Assembly (NCBI GenBank): GCA_964187785.1
Contig: OZ076409.1
Coordinates: forward strand, 21,454,001 to 21,518,000
Length of the DNA: 64,000 bases
Direction: 5' to 3'
Origin: Amphiscolops sp. MND2022
Taxonomy: Eukaryota
Part shown: positions 24,131-32,392 of the stretch, in pieces
Position numbering within the stretch: the first letter of the stretch is position 1
Layout of the letters: each line of letters begins with the position of its first letter
Position numbers and translations under genes: made by a program
The notes under the pieces: generated by a model
What the model was told of the DNA's origin: nothing
Database searches by the model: none
Seen by the model: only the letters and a program-made list of their open reading frames with translations

Positions 24131-24296
24131 CAATCTGCTCTTTGTGAAGCTCCGCGCGAAGCCCTGCATTTTGATTCATTTATTATAGTTTTATAACAAT
24201 TTTTTATAAATAAATGAATAATGATTATTGCTTGCAGAGCTATAGAAATAATTATCAAGGTGAAGGAGCCGGCGCGAAAACTAGCGCGGGAGGTGG
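24119..24296 (+). repeat. 178-bp direct repeat, copy 2
   Basis: Matches 22418-22595. Confidence 0.95.
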
Positions 24297-25299
24297 TAGT
24301 TTTCATACTCACCTTTTTATTATGAAGAATTGTAATACTTTTTATTCATACAAAAATGGTAAAATGTATAGTACATGCATTCAATGTTTTAATAAAAAGG
24401 TGAGGTGTGAATTTTGTAATAAGGAATTAAATAAGAGTTATTTAAGGTCACACGTCAAGAAGCAACACTATAATCAACACTATAATTATAATCAGCACTA
24501 TAATCAGCATACTGGGGGTGATTTGCTTCCGCGACAGCTATCGCGACAGCTAACGCGACAGGTATCACGAGAGCTACAGCGAGAGTTACCACGAGGCGTG
24601 TCTTCACACAATAATAATAATGCGGAAGCTAACGCGAAAGCTATCGCTAATGATGATAATGCGGGAGCTAACGCGGGAGCTAATGCTAATAGTGGTGTGA
24701 ACGAAACTAATAGAACATTAATAGTTGGGCCATCATTTTGTGGTAAGACTCATTTGTTGTTGAATAAATTACGATTGATTCGTTTGGAAGATCCAGAGAA
24801 ACAAATTCGTATCATTACAAGGAGTCCGGAACAATATGAGGATGTGGAGCTTTATATTCAAGGAATAGAAGTGGAAGAAAATGTGGGGGATTTGGAAGAG
24901 TATAGGGGGTGTTGTGTAGTATTTGATGATATGTTAGACTCCAACCAGAAATTGATTGATCCATTTTTTACTAGGGGAAGACACAAATCTTGTGATGTTT
25001 ATTATTTATGTCAGAGTTATTTTGATGCACCAAAAAAGACAGTTAGAAACAATTCGAATATAATAATTTTATTTCAACAAACACTGAAAGATGTAGAACA
25101 TATTCATAGGGACATATCAGGTTTTGATATGTCTTATGAGGAATTCAAAAGTTTGTGCAGAGAGGCATGGAACGAAAAATTCAATTATTTATTAATAAAT
25201 AGATTGGAAGATAAAAATGGGAGTAGGTACAGGATTTGTAATGAATCTAATCCAAATTACAAGATCTTTAATCCACAAACTGATCCTTTAAGTAATTAG
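24214..25299 (+). CDS. A32-like genome-packaging ATPase 2 with N-terminal Zn finger, 361 aa
   Basis: Walker A GPSFCGKT, Walker B VVFDD, and FTRGRHKSCDVYYLCQSY..VRNNSN. C2H2 finger CEFC..HVKKQH. Confidence 0.92.
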   Translation: MNNDYCLQSYRNNYQGEGAGAKTSAGGGSFHTHLFIMKNCNTFYSYKNGKMYSTCIQCFNKKVRCEFCNKELNKSYLRSHVKKQHYNQHYNYNQHYNQHTGGDLLPRQLSRQLTRQVSRELQRELPRGVSSHNNNNAEANAKAIANDDNAGANAGANANSGVNETNRTLIVGPSFCGKTHLLLNKLRLIRLEDPEKQIRIITRSPEQYEDVELYIQGIEVEENVGDLEEYRGCCVVFDDMLDSNQKLIDPFFTRGRHKSCDVYYLCQSYFDAPKKTVRNNSNIIILFQQTLKDVEHIHRDISGFDMSYEEFKSLCREAWNEKFNYLLINRLEDKNGSRYRICNESNPNYKIFNPQTDPLSN

Positions 25300-25315
25300 G
25301 GACTTCGTGAGGAGA

Positions 25316-26341
25316 TTAGGAGATCAAGTTGCTTCGTGCGTAGCTCTGTATATTTTGGTGTTGAGAAGGTGATATGCATTCATACTCCAATAACTTGTCT
25401 ATAATTGCAATAATTTGTTCATTAAGCTGAGGGTTGTCATTTCCTCCAACTTTTTCAAAATAAAGTAGTTTCAATTGATCCACTAATTCGTCTGGGTCAG
25501 ATGGGAGGAAAATGTACTGTTGTGTGGAACTTCGCGAATATTCGCCATTTAATCCACTTCCTGTGAAGCCCTGTGTATAGCTCTGTGATTGGCCTTGTGC
25601 GAAGCCTTGCGTGTAGCCCTGCAATTGATAGCGAGAGTATAATTCTTTAATAAATTGGTATCTGATTGATTTTTTATCTCCATAATTTAGATCATATTTC
25701 ATATCATTTAGGAAAGTATAAATTATGTCCAGGTTATTTATTTGTTTGTCAAATTGTGTATTAGTTACAAAATATTGAAGATCTGGGTCACTAAGATCAT
25801 ATGAATTCCCACTCTCAAAAGTCATTGTTGAACCTTTGATTAGTACTTGCTGTGGGTTATGGGGATTAATTGTGAATAAATTAGGATTGTCTTGTGCGAA
25901 GCTCTGTGTAATTGGTTCTAAACTAAATTGACTTTTGTTTTTGTCATTAAGTAAATTAGAAACTGTTTTTACAATACTAGAATCAACCTGGTTGGAATTA
26001 ACAAGACTTGTAAGAAGTTGATTGTTATGATTTGTAATTTCATTATATTGTTTTATTCCTTCTTTAATAGAATTTTGAAGAGTATTATTATTGTGTTCTA
26101 TTGCTCTTGTCTGATTTTCAATTGCTTGTGTAACCCCTTGGGTTTGTTTGTCAATGGCTTGTAGTTGTTTTTCATTTGATTCCACCTGCTTTGTAGTAAC
26201 AGGTTCAAAAACTTCTTCAAGGTCATAATGAAAGTCTTGCTTCCCTAGTTTCTCTTTTAATCTTTCTTTGTGTACTAAAGATTTTGTTTCTTGTAATTTT
26301 TTTAATTTTTCCAAGTCATCTCGGGTGTGAATTGAATACAT
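25316..26341 (-). CDS. Polinton structural/core-type protein, 341 aa
   Basis: Coiled-coil N-terminus, a GSGL putative cleavage site, and a C-terminal LPSDPDELVDQLKLL..GGN motif that I associate with Polinton accessory proteins. Confidence 0.75.
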   Translation of the reverse strand: MYSIHTRDDLEKLKKLQETKSLVHKERLKEKLGKQDFHYDLEEVFEPVTTKQVESNEKQLQAIDKQTQGVTQAIENQTRAIEHNNNTLQNSIKEGIKQYNEITNHNNQLLTSLVNSNQVDSSIVKTVSNLLNDKNKSQFSLEPITQSFAQDNPNLFTINPHNPQQVLIKGSTMTFESGNSYDLSDPDLQYFVTNTQFDKQINNLDIIYTFLNDMKYDLNYGDKKSIRYQFIKELYSRYQLQGYTQGFAQGQSQSYTQGFTGSGLNGEYSRSSTQQYIFLPSDPDELVDQLKLLYFEKVGGNDNPQLNEQIIAIIDKLLEYECISPSQHQNIQSYARSNLIS

Positions 26342-26354
26342 TTATTAAGTATAA

Positions 26355-26873
26355 TTAGTGGATTTTCCCCAGATACAGGCCTTTACTATTAGTTCTTGCT
26401 TTTCTGTTTGTGTTGCTTGTGTTAGCTGCTTTGCTGCCTGCTTTGCTGCCTTTACTCGACAAACCTTCGCGAAGCCCTTCAGCTTTGTATAACCCCTTCC
26501 CTTGATGAACAAATTTAATAACGTCAGGGGCAGTTGCGGCAATTAATCGTGGATTTTTACTTGCTGCTGCAGTTCCAATATTTGCTGCTATTTCTAGTGC
26601 GCGGCCTGGATTATTGAGTATTTTCTTTCCAACATTTTTGGCTGCAGAACCTAAATGTTTGAAAAAGTCTCCCAATCCTTCACCATCTATTGTTCGTTCA
26701 CTCACAATAAGACTCTTATTTCTGTTACATATCATGCAGTTGCCACGTAATATTTTTACGGGCCTGCCCATCTGTATCCCAGTGTTTGTAATATCTCCAT
26801 AAATATTTGTGGTGGGAGAATAATGTTTTCCACAAACACAATATGAATTATTTATAAATTTATTATAACTCAT
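26355..26873 (-). CDS. Small basic protein with N-terminal Zn-ribbon and amphipathic helix (putative virion protein), 172 aa
   Basis: YCVC...GNCMIC zinc ribbon, followed by IDGEG-LGDFFKHLGSAAKNVGKKIL. Confidence 0.72.
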   Translation of the reverse strand: MSYNKFINNSYCVCGKHYSPTTNIYGDITNTGIQMGRPVKILRGNCMICNRNKSLIVSERTIDGEGLGDFFKHLGSAAKNVGKKILNNPGRALEIAANIGTAAASKNPRLIAATAPDVIKFVHQGKGLYKAEGLREGLSSKGSKAGSKAANTSNTNRKARTNSKGLYLGKIH

Positions 26874-26940
26874 TTATTAGAAAAAAATTTTCATTTTTGT
26901 GGAGCTTCGTGAAAGCTATCGCGAAAGCTATCGCCCAACA

Positions 26941-28000
26941 TCATATTTTGATAATTTGAATTGTGAAGGTGAGTGTCTCCCCGTTGAAATCAACTGAATC
27001 ATGATTAGAGTCCTCAAGGAATAATTGAATGGTGTCCAGTCGTGTTTTGTTAATTGATTTGTACAAAACAGTTGTGGGTTCTTTTATAATTTTATATCCG
27101 GGAGGTGCGCTTAAATTGAAAGAAAATAAAATTTGTTCTCGTATACCATTAACAATTGAACCATCTACGCAGTCGTACTTCAGATGAACTTTATCGGTGG
27201 TTGTTATCATGACTGGTTTTTCTGAAGTGTGAGTTCCGGATGGGTAATCACGTTGTGTAAAACCCAGGACTTTGTTAAGTTTGGAGTTAAAATGAATAGG
27301 GTTTGAGGTTGTTAAAACTGATTTCATCGATATTGTGTCGGGTATTATGTTGAATTCAATACTAAAAACTGTAAGATCTTTTTTGAATTTTGACTTATCA
27401 TCTAATTCATAACCTGAATCAGTAATTATTTGTTTTATGGTATTATTTATTTCAATCAGTTCGTATACACCTGGAACTAAATTTATATCAATAAACTCAT
27501 TCTCAATTTCAAAGTTTGGAATAGTTATAGGAATGTTGCTCTTCATTTGCTTTAAATAGTCAAAATCTTTTTTCGGAAGTTTCTTCTTTTTTATAACTAG
27601 TAAGTAAATATATATTAGCTTTTTCTATAAATTCATAGTAGAGTTTATTATTTTCTAAATCATAAGTTTCAAATAGTTTTTTTATATTTGGCACCACTCC
27701 TGTGTCAAACTCAGGTGCATCGAGTTGTTGATCATTCAGAATAATTTGTAGTTTGTTATTCTTTTCAGTAATGTTATATACAGTGTTGTATACTTCTAAA
27801 CTTGTTACTCCCATCATCCATTTTTCATTTAAAGTGAGAGGAACGTCGAATGAGAAAGATTCTTTTTGTTTAGTCATTTTAAATTCTAGAGTTTCTTGTG
27901 GTTTAGAATGAGTATTTTCAACAATTTCTTGATTAGATTTTGCAATACTTAAAAGAAGAGATTCTTTTTTATCATAAGCTACGAAGGTGGATAGATCCAT
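26941..28000 (-). pseudogene. mCP: Minor capsid protein/penton (Polinton PX), split by a +1 frameshift
   Basis: N-half has PLTLNEKWMMGVTSLEVYNTVYNITEKNN. C-half has PGVYELIEIN..VLGF..VDGSIVNG..PPGYKI..VDFNGETLT. The frames differ by one base, plausibly in the A-run near 27585-27595, and the shifted frame reads straight through (KKLPKKDFDYLKQMK). Confidence 0.82.
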
Positions 28001-28058
28001 TTATTATAGATTAAATTGTTTGAATCCACTAGCGGAAATGTTATTTATAAATTCTTGC

Positions 28059-28235
28059 CTATCTTTTGATAATGTTTTTCTTATGCGATAGCTTCCGCAA
28101 ATTTGTTGTATTTTTTCCATGATTTTGATTGTGAAGCTGTTCTGTGGAGCTGTGCGTGAAATTTTGTGCGTTAGCTGTCGCGAAGCTGTGCGAGATAATT
28201 TTATATTGAGTTGAATAATTATTAATTTTCTTCAT
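28059..28235 (-). CDS. Small hypothetical ORF (58 aa), possibly frameshifted
   Basis: TAATAAATG start overlaps the protease stop codon and the ORF fills the protease-penton gap. A second frame (KTLSKDRQEFINNISASGFKQFNL*) ends just before the penton start. Confidence 0.35.
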   Translation of the reverse strand: MKKINNYSTQYKIISHSFATANAQNFTHSSTEQLHNQNHGKNTTNLRKLSHKKNIIKR

Positions 28236-28657
28236 TTATTAAGTTTGAAAGTTTGGTAGTATAAATTTAGTACTGCATTTTTGAACCCAATTTTATTTGT
28301 GAGATACAGTGTGTATAAACAATACGCCGCGCAATAACTGTCGTTTGTCTGAATTTGATATTCTGAATAAATACCATTTTTAATATGATTAAGTATATTA
28401 GTTGGGGGTGGGCATCCATATGAATCAAAATAGTTTTGATTTGTAAACATAACCCAATGTGTTCCCACTGAGGGATATAAGTTAACTATACCACTGGTAG
28501 TGTTAAACTTATCATCTCTCATGTATATTCCACACACTGTATTTATTTCGCCGGAGGCACCAAGCCTATCAAGTATTTCTTTTATTTTTACATTGGAAGT
28601 TGCTTCGTTTTTTAGTCCGTATTTTTCAACAAATTCTTTGAATGATAAATAGTTCAT
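28232..28657 (-). CDS. PRO: Adenain-like cysteine (maturation) protease, 141 aa
   Basis: GTHWV (His), YFDSYG (Asp) and QIQ..DSYCAAYC (Gln/Cys). Confidence 0.93.
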   Translation of the reverse strand: MNYLSFKEFVEKYGLKNEATSNVKIKEILDRLGASGEINTVCGIYMRDDKFNTTSGIVNLYPSVGTHWVMFTNQNYFDSYGCPPPTNILNHIKNGIYSEYQIQTNDSYCAAYCLYTLYLTNKIGFKNAVLNLYYQTFKLNK

Positions 28658-28681
28658 TTATTAGTTATTTTTCATTGTTGC

Positions 28682-28991
28682 TGGTTGTACATTAACGCTG
28701 GCTGTACAGCAACGCTGGCTGTACAGCAACGTGTTATTATTACACATTGCATCATAGAGGTTAGTGAATTTTTGCTTCATGATAAAAACACTATTTTTGA
28801 TGATTTGTCTTCTAAAAAGTCCTTAAAATTAATGGTTTTGAGGACTTTTAATTTGTGGCGTTTTGTTGGCCAGTATCGGAAAACCATTGTTTTTAATGAT
28901 ATGTTTTCTAAAAAGTACTTAAAATCAATGGTTTTGAGGACTTTTAATTTTTGGGGTTTTTGTGGCCAGTATCGGGATTTCCACTACTACT
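28682..28991 (-). repeat. Right TIR of the Polinton (310 bp)
   Basis: Inverted match to 13945-14254; ends ACTACTACT and is followed by the TSD CGCGAC. Confidence 0.95.
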
Positions 28992-30540
28992 CGCGACGAT
29001 GACGTGCCTCGTTTTAATCAAAACTTTGAATCTTCTATTCTGTGGCATTGCATGTTGATTTCATTTCTCAACGGCAAAGTTGAAGCTTCAGTTGGGAAGT
29101 TAGGTAATACGTGTGGGTCTTTTAGGTTTCCAATGGACTTAATTGGAAATGAAGTCCAAAAAATAATTAATCCGAGAAATAAAGATTGTTGAATTGAAAA
29201 ATTTGATTACTGTATGACTCAGCCTTCCTCCTTGGCGCTCCTCCAGGTCGACCTTTGTCAAAACCAGCTGCTATACTGGCAATGGGACGTCGCTCCTGCG
29301 TTTAGGGTACTAGAAGTATGTTGTCGTCGCAGATCCCGAGTGCCTTCTTCGGACGTTGTTTACTAACAAAACTTGGACGTTATTTCTTTGCACCGTCGCA
29401 GAAAATACTTTAAATAGTGACGCAACTTTAGCAGTCACATTACAAACTAGGAAGTAGTTTTGTAGCTATTAGGGGATGGGTTTTGACGAATGTTACTGGG
29501 GGAGTTTGAATACCAGAAAAGACCCGATACTATTTCAATTGTTTTTGTCTGTTCGAATCAAATCTTTCATAACAAATGGGGCCAGTCTGGGTTTGGATGA
29601 ACATATTTCAAAATCATTCGCTGGACATCTGATACTCCCCAGTGGAGATAAGAGAACTTCATTCCATCTAAAAAAAACAATATACCAAAAGTTGAATCTA
29701 CACTAATTTCCTTTCATTATCATTAATTCGAATTGTTGAAACAGTTGTCAGTAGTGATTCTCTTTTCAAGTAGCGATTATTGATCTTCGGTTGTGTTCTT
29801 CAACTATAGATATTCTGTTGCTGGGATAAAATGAGCAAGAAAAACAGACCAAAATTAATGTCGTTTTGAATGTCGACCAAATTTGTTTGTGGTGTAGACT
29901 TTTACGTACTGTCAGCTCATCTAAAAATTTGAGTTGAAAACTTTGATTGACAATCAATACCGCCATTTTTAACACAGTGACATAATATAAAATATGAAAC
30001 AACTGGCACAGGTGAATTGTTTTCTTTTCAACAGAACCGGCGCACGTGATTGGTAACTTTAAAGTGTCAGTACGGGACAGAACATCCGATTTTCGAATTA
30101 GACCTAACAGTCGATTTCTTCTAATCCGTGATTTTGCAAATACGACGAAGCAATCTGTTATACTGAGGTTAGACAGAATTGAAAAAAGATAACAAATCGG
30201 GAACGGTCAAGCCGGCGCCATGTTTGGGCTCGAAAAGCGCAAAGACATTCTTTTAAAAATCTGATTGAATTCTGGAAGCTTCTTAGAAATCATACAGATG
30301 AGAAATTCTCCAGAAATAAATAACGTCGAACGTTTTCCTCAATCTTTTCAAAATATGCAGTAGCAAGAGCGAGCATTTTGTAAGATTGAGAGTATCTGGA
30401 CAAAACAAAAGCGAGCAAAATATTTGAGGACCAAGTTACACAGAAATAAAACACACATAGGAGTAGTGGACATCCTATAATGCCCTAAATGCAGGAGGGA
30501 AGGAGAGTGACGTGCCAGTTTTAAACAGCGAATGTTTTGA

Positions 30541-31066
30541 AAACAAGCCGGGAACCAATTCGGCACCATATCTGAGGCTCAAAAATAGGAAAAGGACAAA
30601 GTTTCCCGAAAAACTACAGTACCCGAAAAACCCTAAAGTTGGACCGAAGTGGCGCGCCCTTGCGGATTTTTTTAACATCTGTTGTTGTAAAATATCAAAA
30701 ATTGAAGGGGGGCCCTTTCAAGACACATAAAAATTTTCGAAAAAAAGTCTCGCAAAGCCGAAACATGCACACAAAGGTATCCGAACTTTGAAAGAAAACG
30801 TTAAATCCGAACTATGAAAACGTTATATCCGAACTTTTAAAACGTCATATCCGAACTTTGATAACGTTATATTCGAACTTTGAAAACGTTACATCCGAAC
30901 TTTGAAAACGTAACATGCGAACTTTGAAAACGTTACATCTGAATTTTGAAACGTTATATGAAGTTGAACAAATGAACAAAAAAGTGGACCATTCAAAGTG
31001 AACTGAAAAAAGCTACCCACGGTAATAGTCGGGCCTTTTTCCTTAAGGGAAAAGGCGCCCACTATA
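30541..31066 (-). mobile_element. HINE-like element containing a ~20-bp minisatellite
   Basis: AACAAGCCGGGAAC at one end and AAAGGCGCCCACTA at the other. ATCCGAACTTTGAAAACGTT-like unit repeated ~9 times at 30779-30960. Confidence 0.6.
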
Positions 31067-31129
31067 AACCGACCTAGATGGACAACCATGATTACTCCTC
31101 AATATTGACTGAAATGCTTCGTTGTCGCT

Positions 31130-31715
31130 TTTCGTCGGCGCTTTATTTAGTGAAATGCGACTATAATAGTGGCAATTTTTATTCTGTGCTTTTATTACAG
31201 TCACTCGCTTTCTTTTTCTTTAAAGCAGTCTCGAATGTGACGAACTTTTTGTTCAGTTTGTTCATCTAAACGAATACCTGGGAAATTTTATTCTGTGCTT
31301 TTATTACAGTCACTCGCTTTCTTTTTCTTTAAAGCAGTCTCGAATGTGACGAACTTTTTGTTCAGTTTGTTCATCTAAACGAATACCTGGGAAACGCATC
31401 TAAGTGCAAAGGGTCCCCTCTCATTTTTTTTTACTTTTTAAACGTAACATGCAAAACCGGACGATACTGAAATGTGCCCCTACATTTTTTTCGGCACTGT
31501 GCGACTTTTTTGATTTTTTTGGTCTCCACAGGGCCCCCTTTCGATTTTATTGATGTCCCGCCTTAATATCCGGAGTTTAGGGCTATATCCGAACTTTTGA
31601 CGTTATATCCGAGCTATATCGCGTTTTTTAAGGAGGAGGCGGAGGTTCGTAAACTGGAGTTTTTCGTGAAAGCGTCCTACGCATATTTTAAAAACTGCGC
31701 TTTTTGAGCCTTAGA
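31130..31715 (+). mobile_element. Degenerate HINE-like copy with a ~109-bp tandem duplication
   Basis: TTTTCGTCGGCGC start and GAGCCTTAGATA near the end; duplicated block at ~31177-31394. Confidence 0.5.
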
Positions 31716-32244
31716 TAATCCACACGAGCTGACAAATGTTTCACCAAAAGTCCTTCAAAATTTCAAATTGCGCCATTTGGCCCAGGGAACTGAACTATAT
31801 TAGTTGCAGTTTCTGATATGGACGAAATATCGCGCTATATCCGAATTTTCTACGTTATATCCGAAGTTAATTGTGTTTTATTTGGGAGGAGGCGGAGGTT
31901 GAAATCATATCATTTTCAATGATTTTAAGTCTATTTAAAAGTTCCCTAAATATTCTTACTGCATTGTGCGACATTGTTTTACGACGTTATATTCGAAATA
32001 AATTGCGTTTTACAATGGAAGAGGCAGAGGTGCGAATAAGTCCGCCTTTGGGTTTTTTTTCGATACTGTGAAATTGAGAATTGAGGTAAACCAGGTCAAA
32101 GGTTCTCTTTTCGTTTCGGTCTTGTGTAATTTTTTCCGAGATCAGTTTTCAGTCATTTTGATTTTTTTTTCATGTTTCAAGGTAAGAAAAAGCGTTTTTC
32201 AAGGCCTTCAGATAATTTCTTCAAAAGACACCCCTGAGCATATA

Positions 32245-32392
32245 CAGTGGAAGCCGCTTAAATGTGACTTGCGTATAAGAGACAACGCTTAATTGGCACG
32301 CATATTTCGGTCCCCGCTGAAATTAAGCAAATATATAAATAGTAGACAAGAAAACCCGGTCCCGAGTCGTCCCATATAAGCGGCTTCCACTG
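32245..32392. mobile_element. Tc1/mariner (pogo/Tigger-like) MITE
   Basis: TIRs CAGTGGAAGCCGCTTA/TAAGCGGCTTCCACTG, flanked by TA on both sides. Confidence 0.75.

Larger units (their letters stand above)
13945..28991. mobile_element. Full-length Polinton/Maverick (adintovirus-like endogenous virus), 15,047 bp
   Basis: Termini are AGTAGTAGTGG...CCACTACTACT. CGCGAC is duplicated at 13939-13944 and 28992-28997 (6-bp TSD). It has 310-bp TIRs and the pPolB, integrase, MCP, penton, protease and ATPase gene set. Confidence 0.97.

Noticed and set aside
24096..24327. Intron removing the duplicated segment from ATPase 2 (GTAAAG...GAAG)
   Set aside because: Joining these sites creates an immediate in-frame TAA.
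13783..29100. Host gene interrupted by the Polinton
   Set aside because: Rejoining the flanks gives only a ~70-codon minus-strand frame with no recognisable motif.
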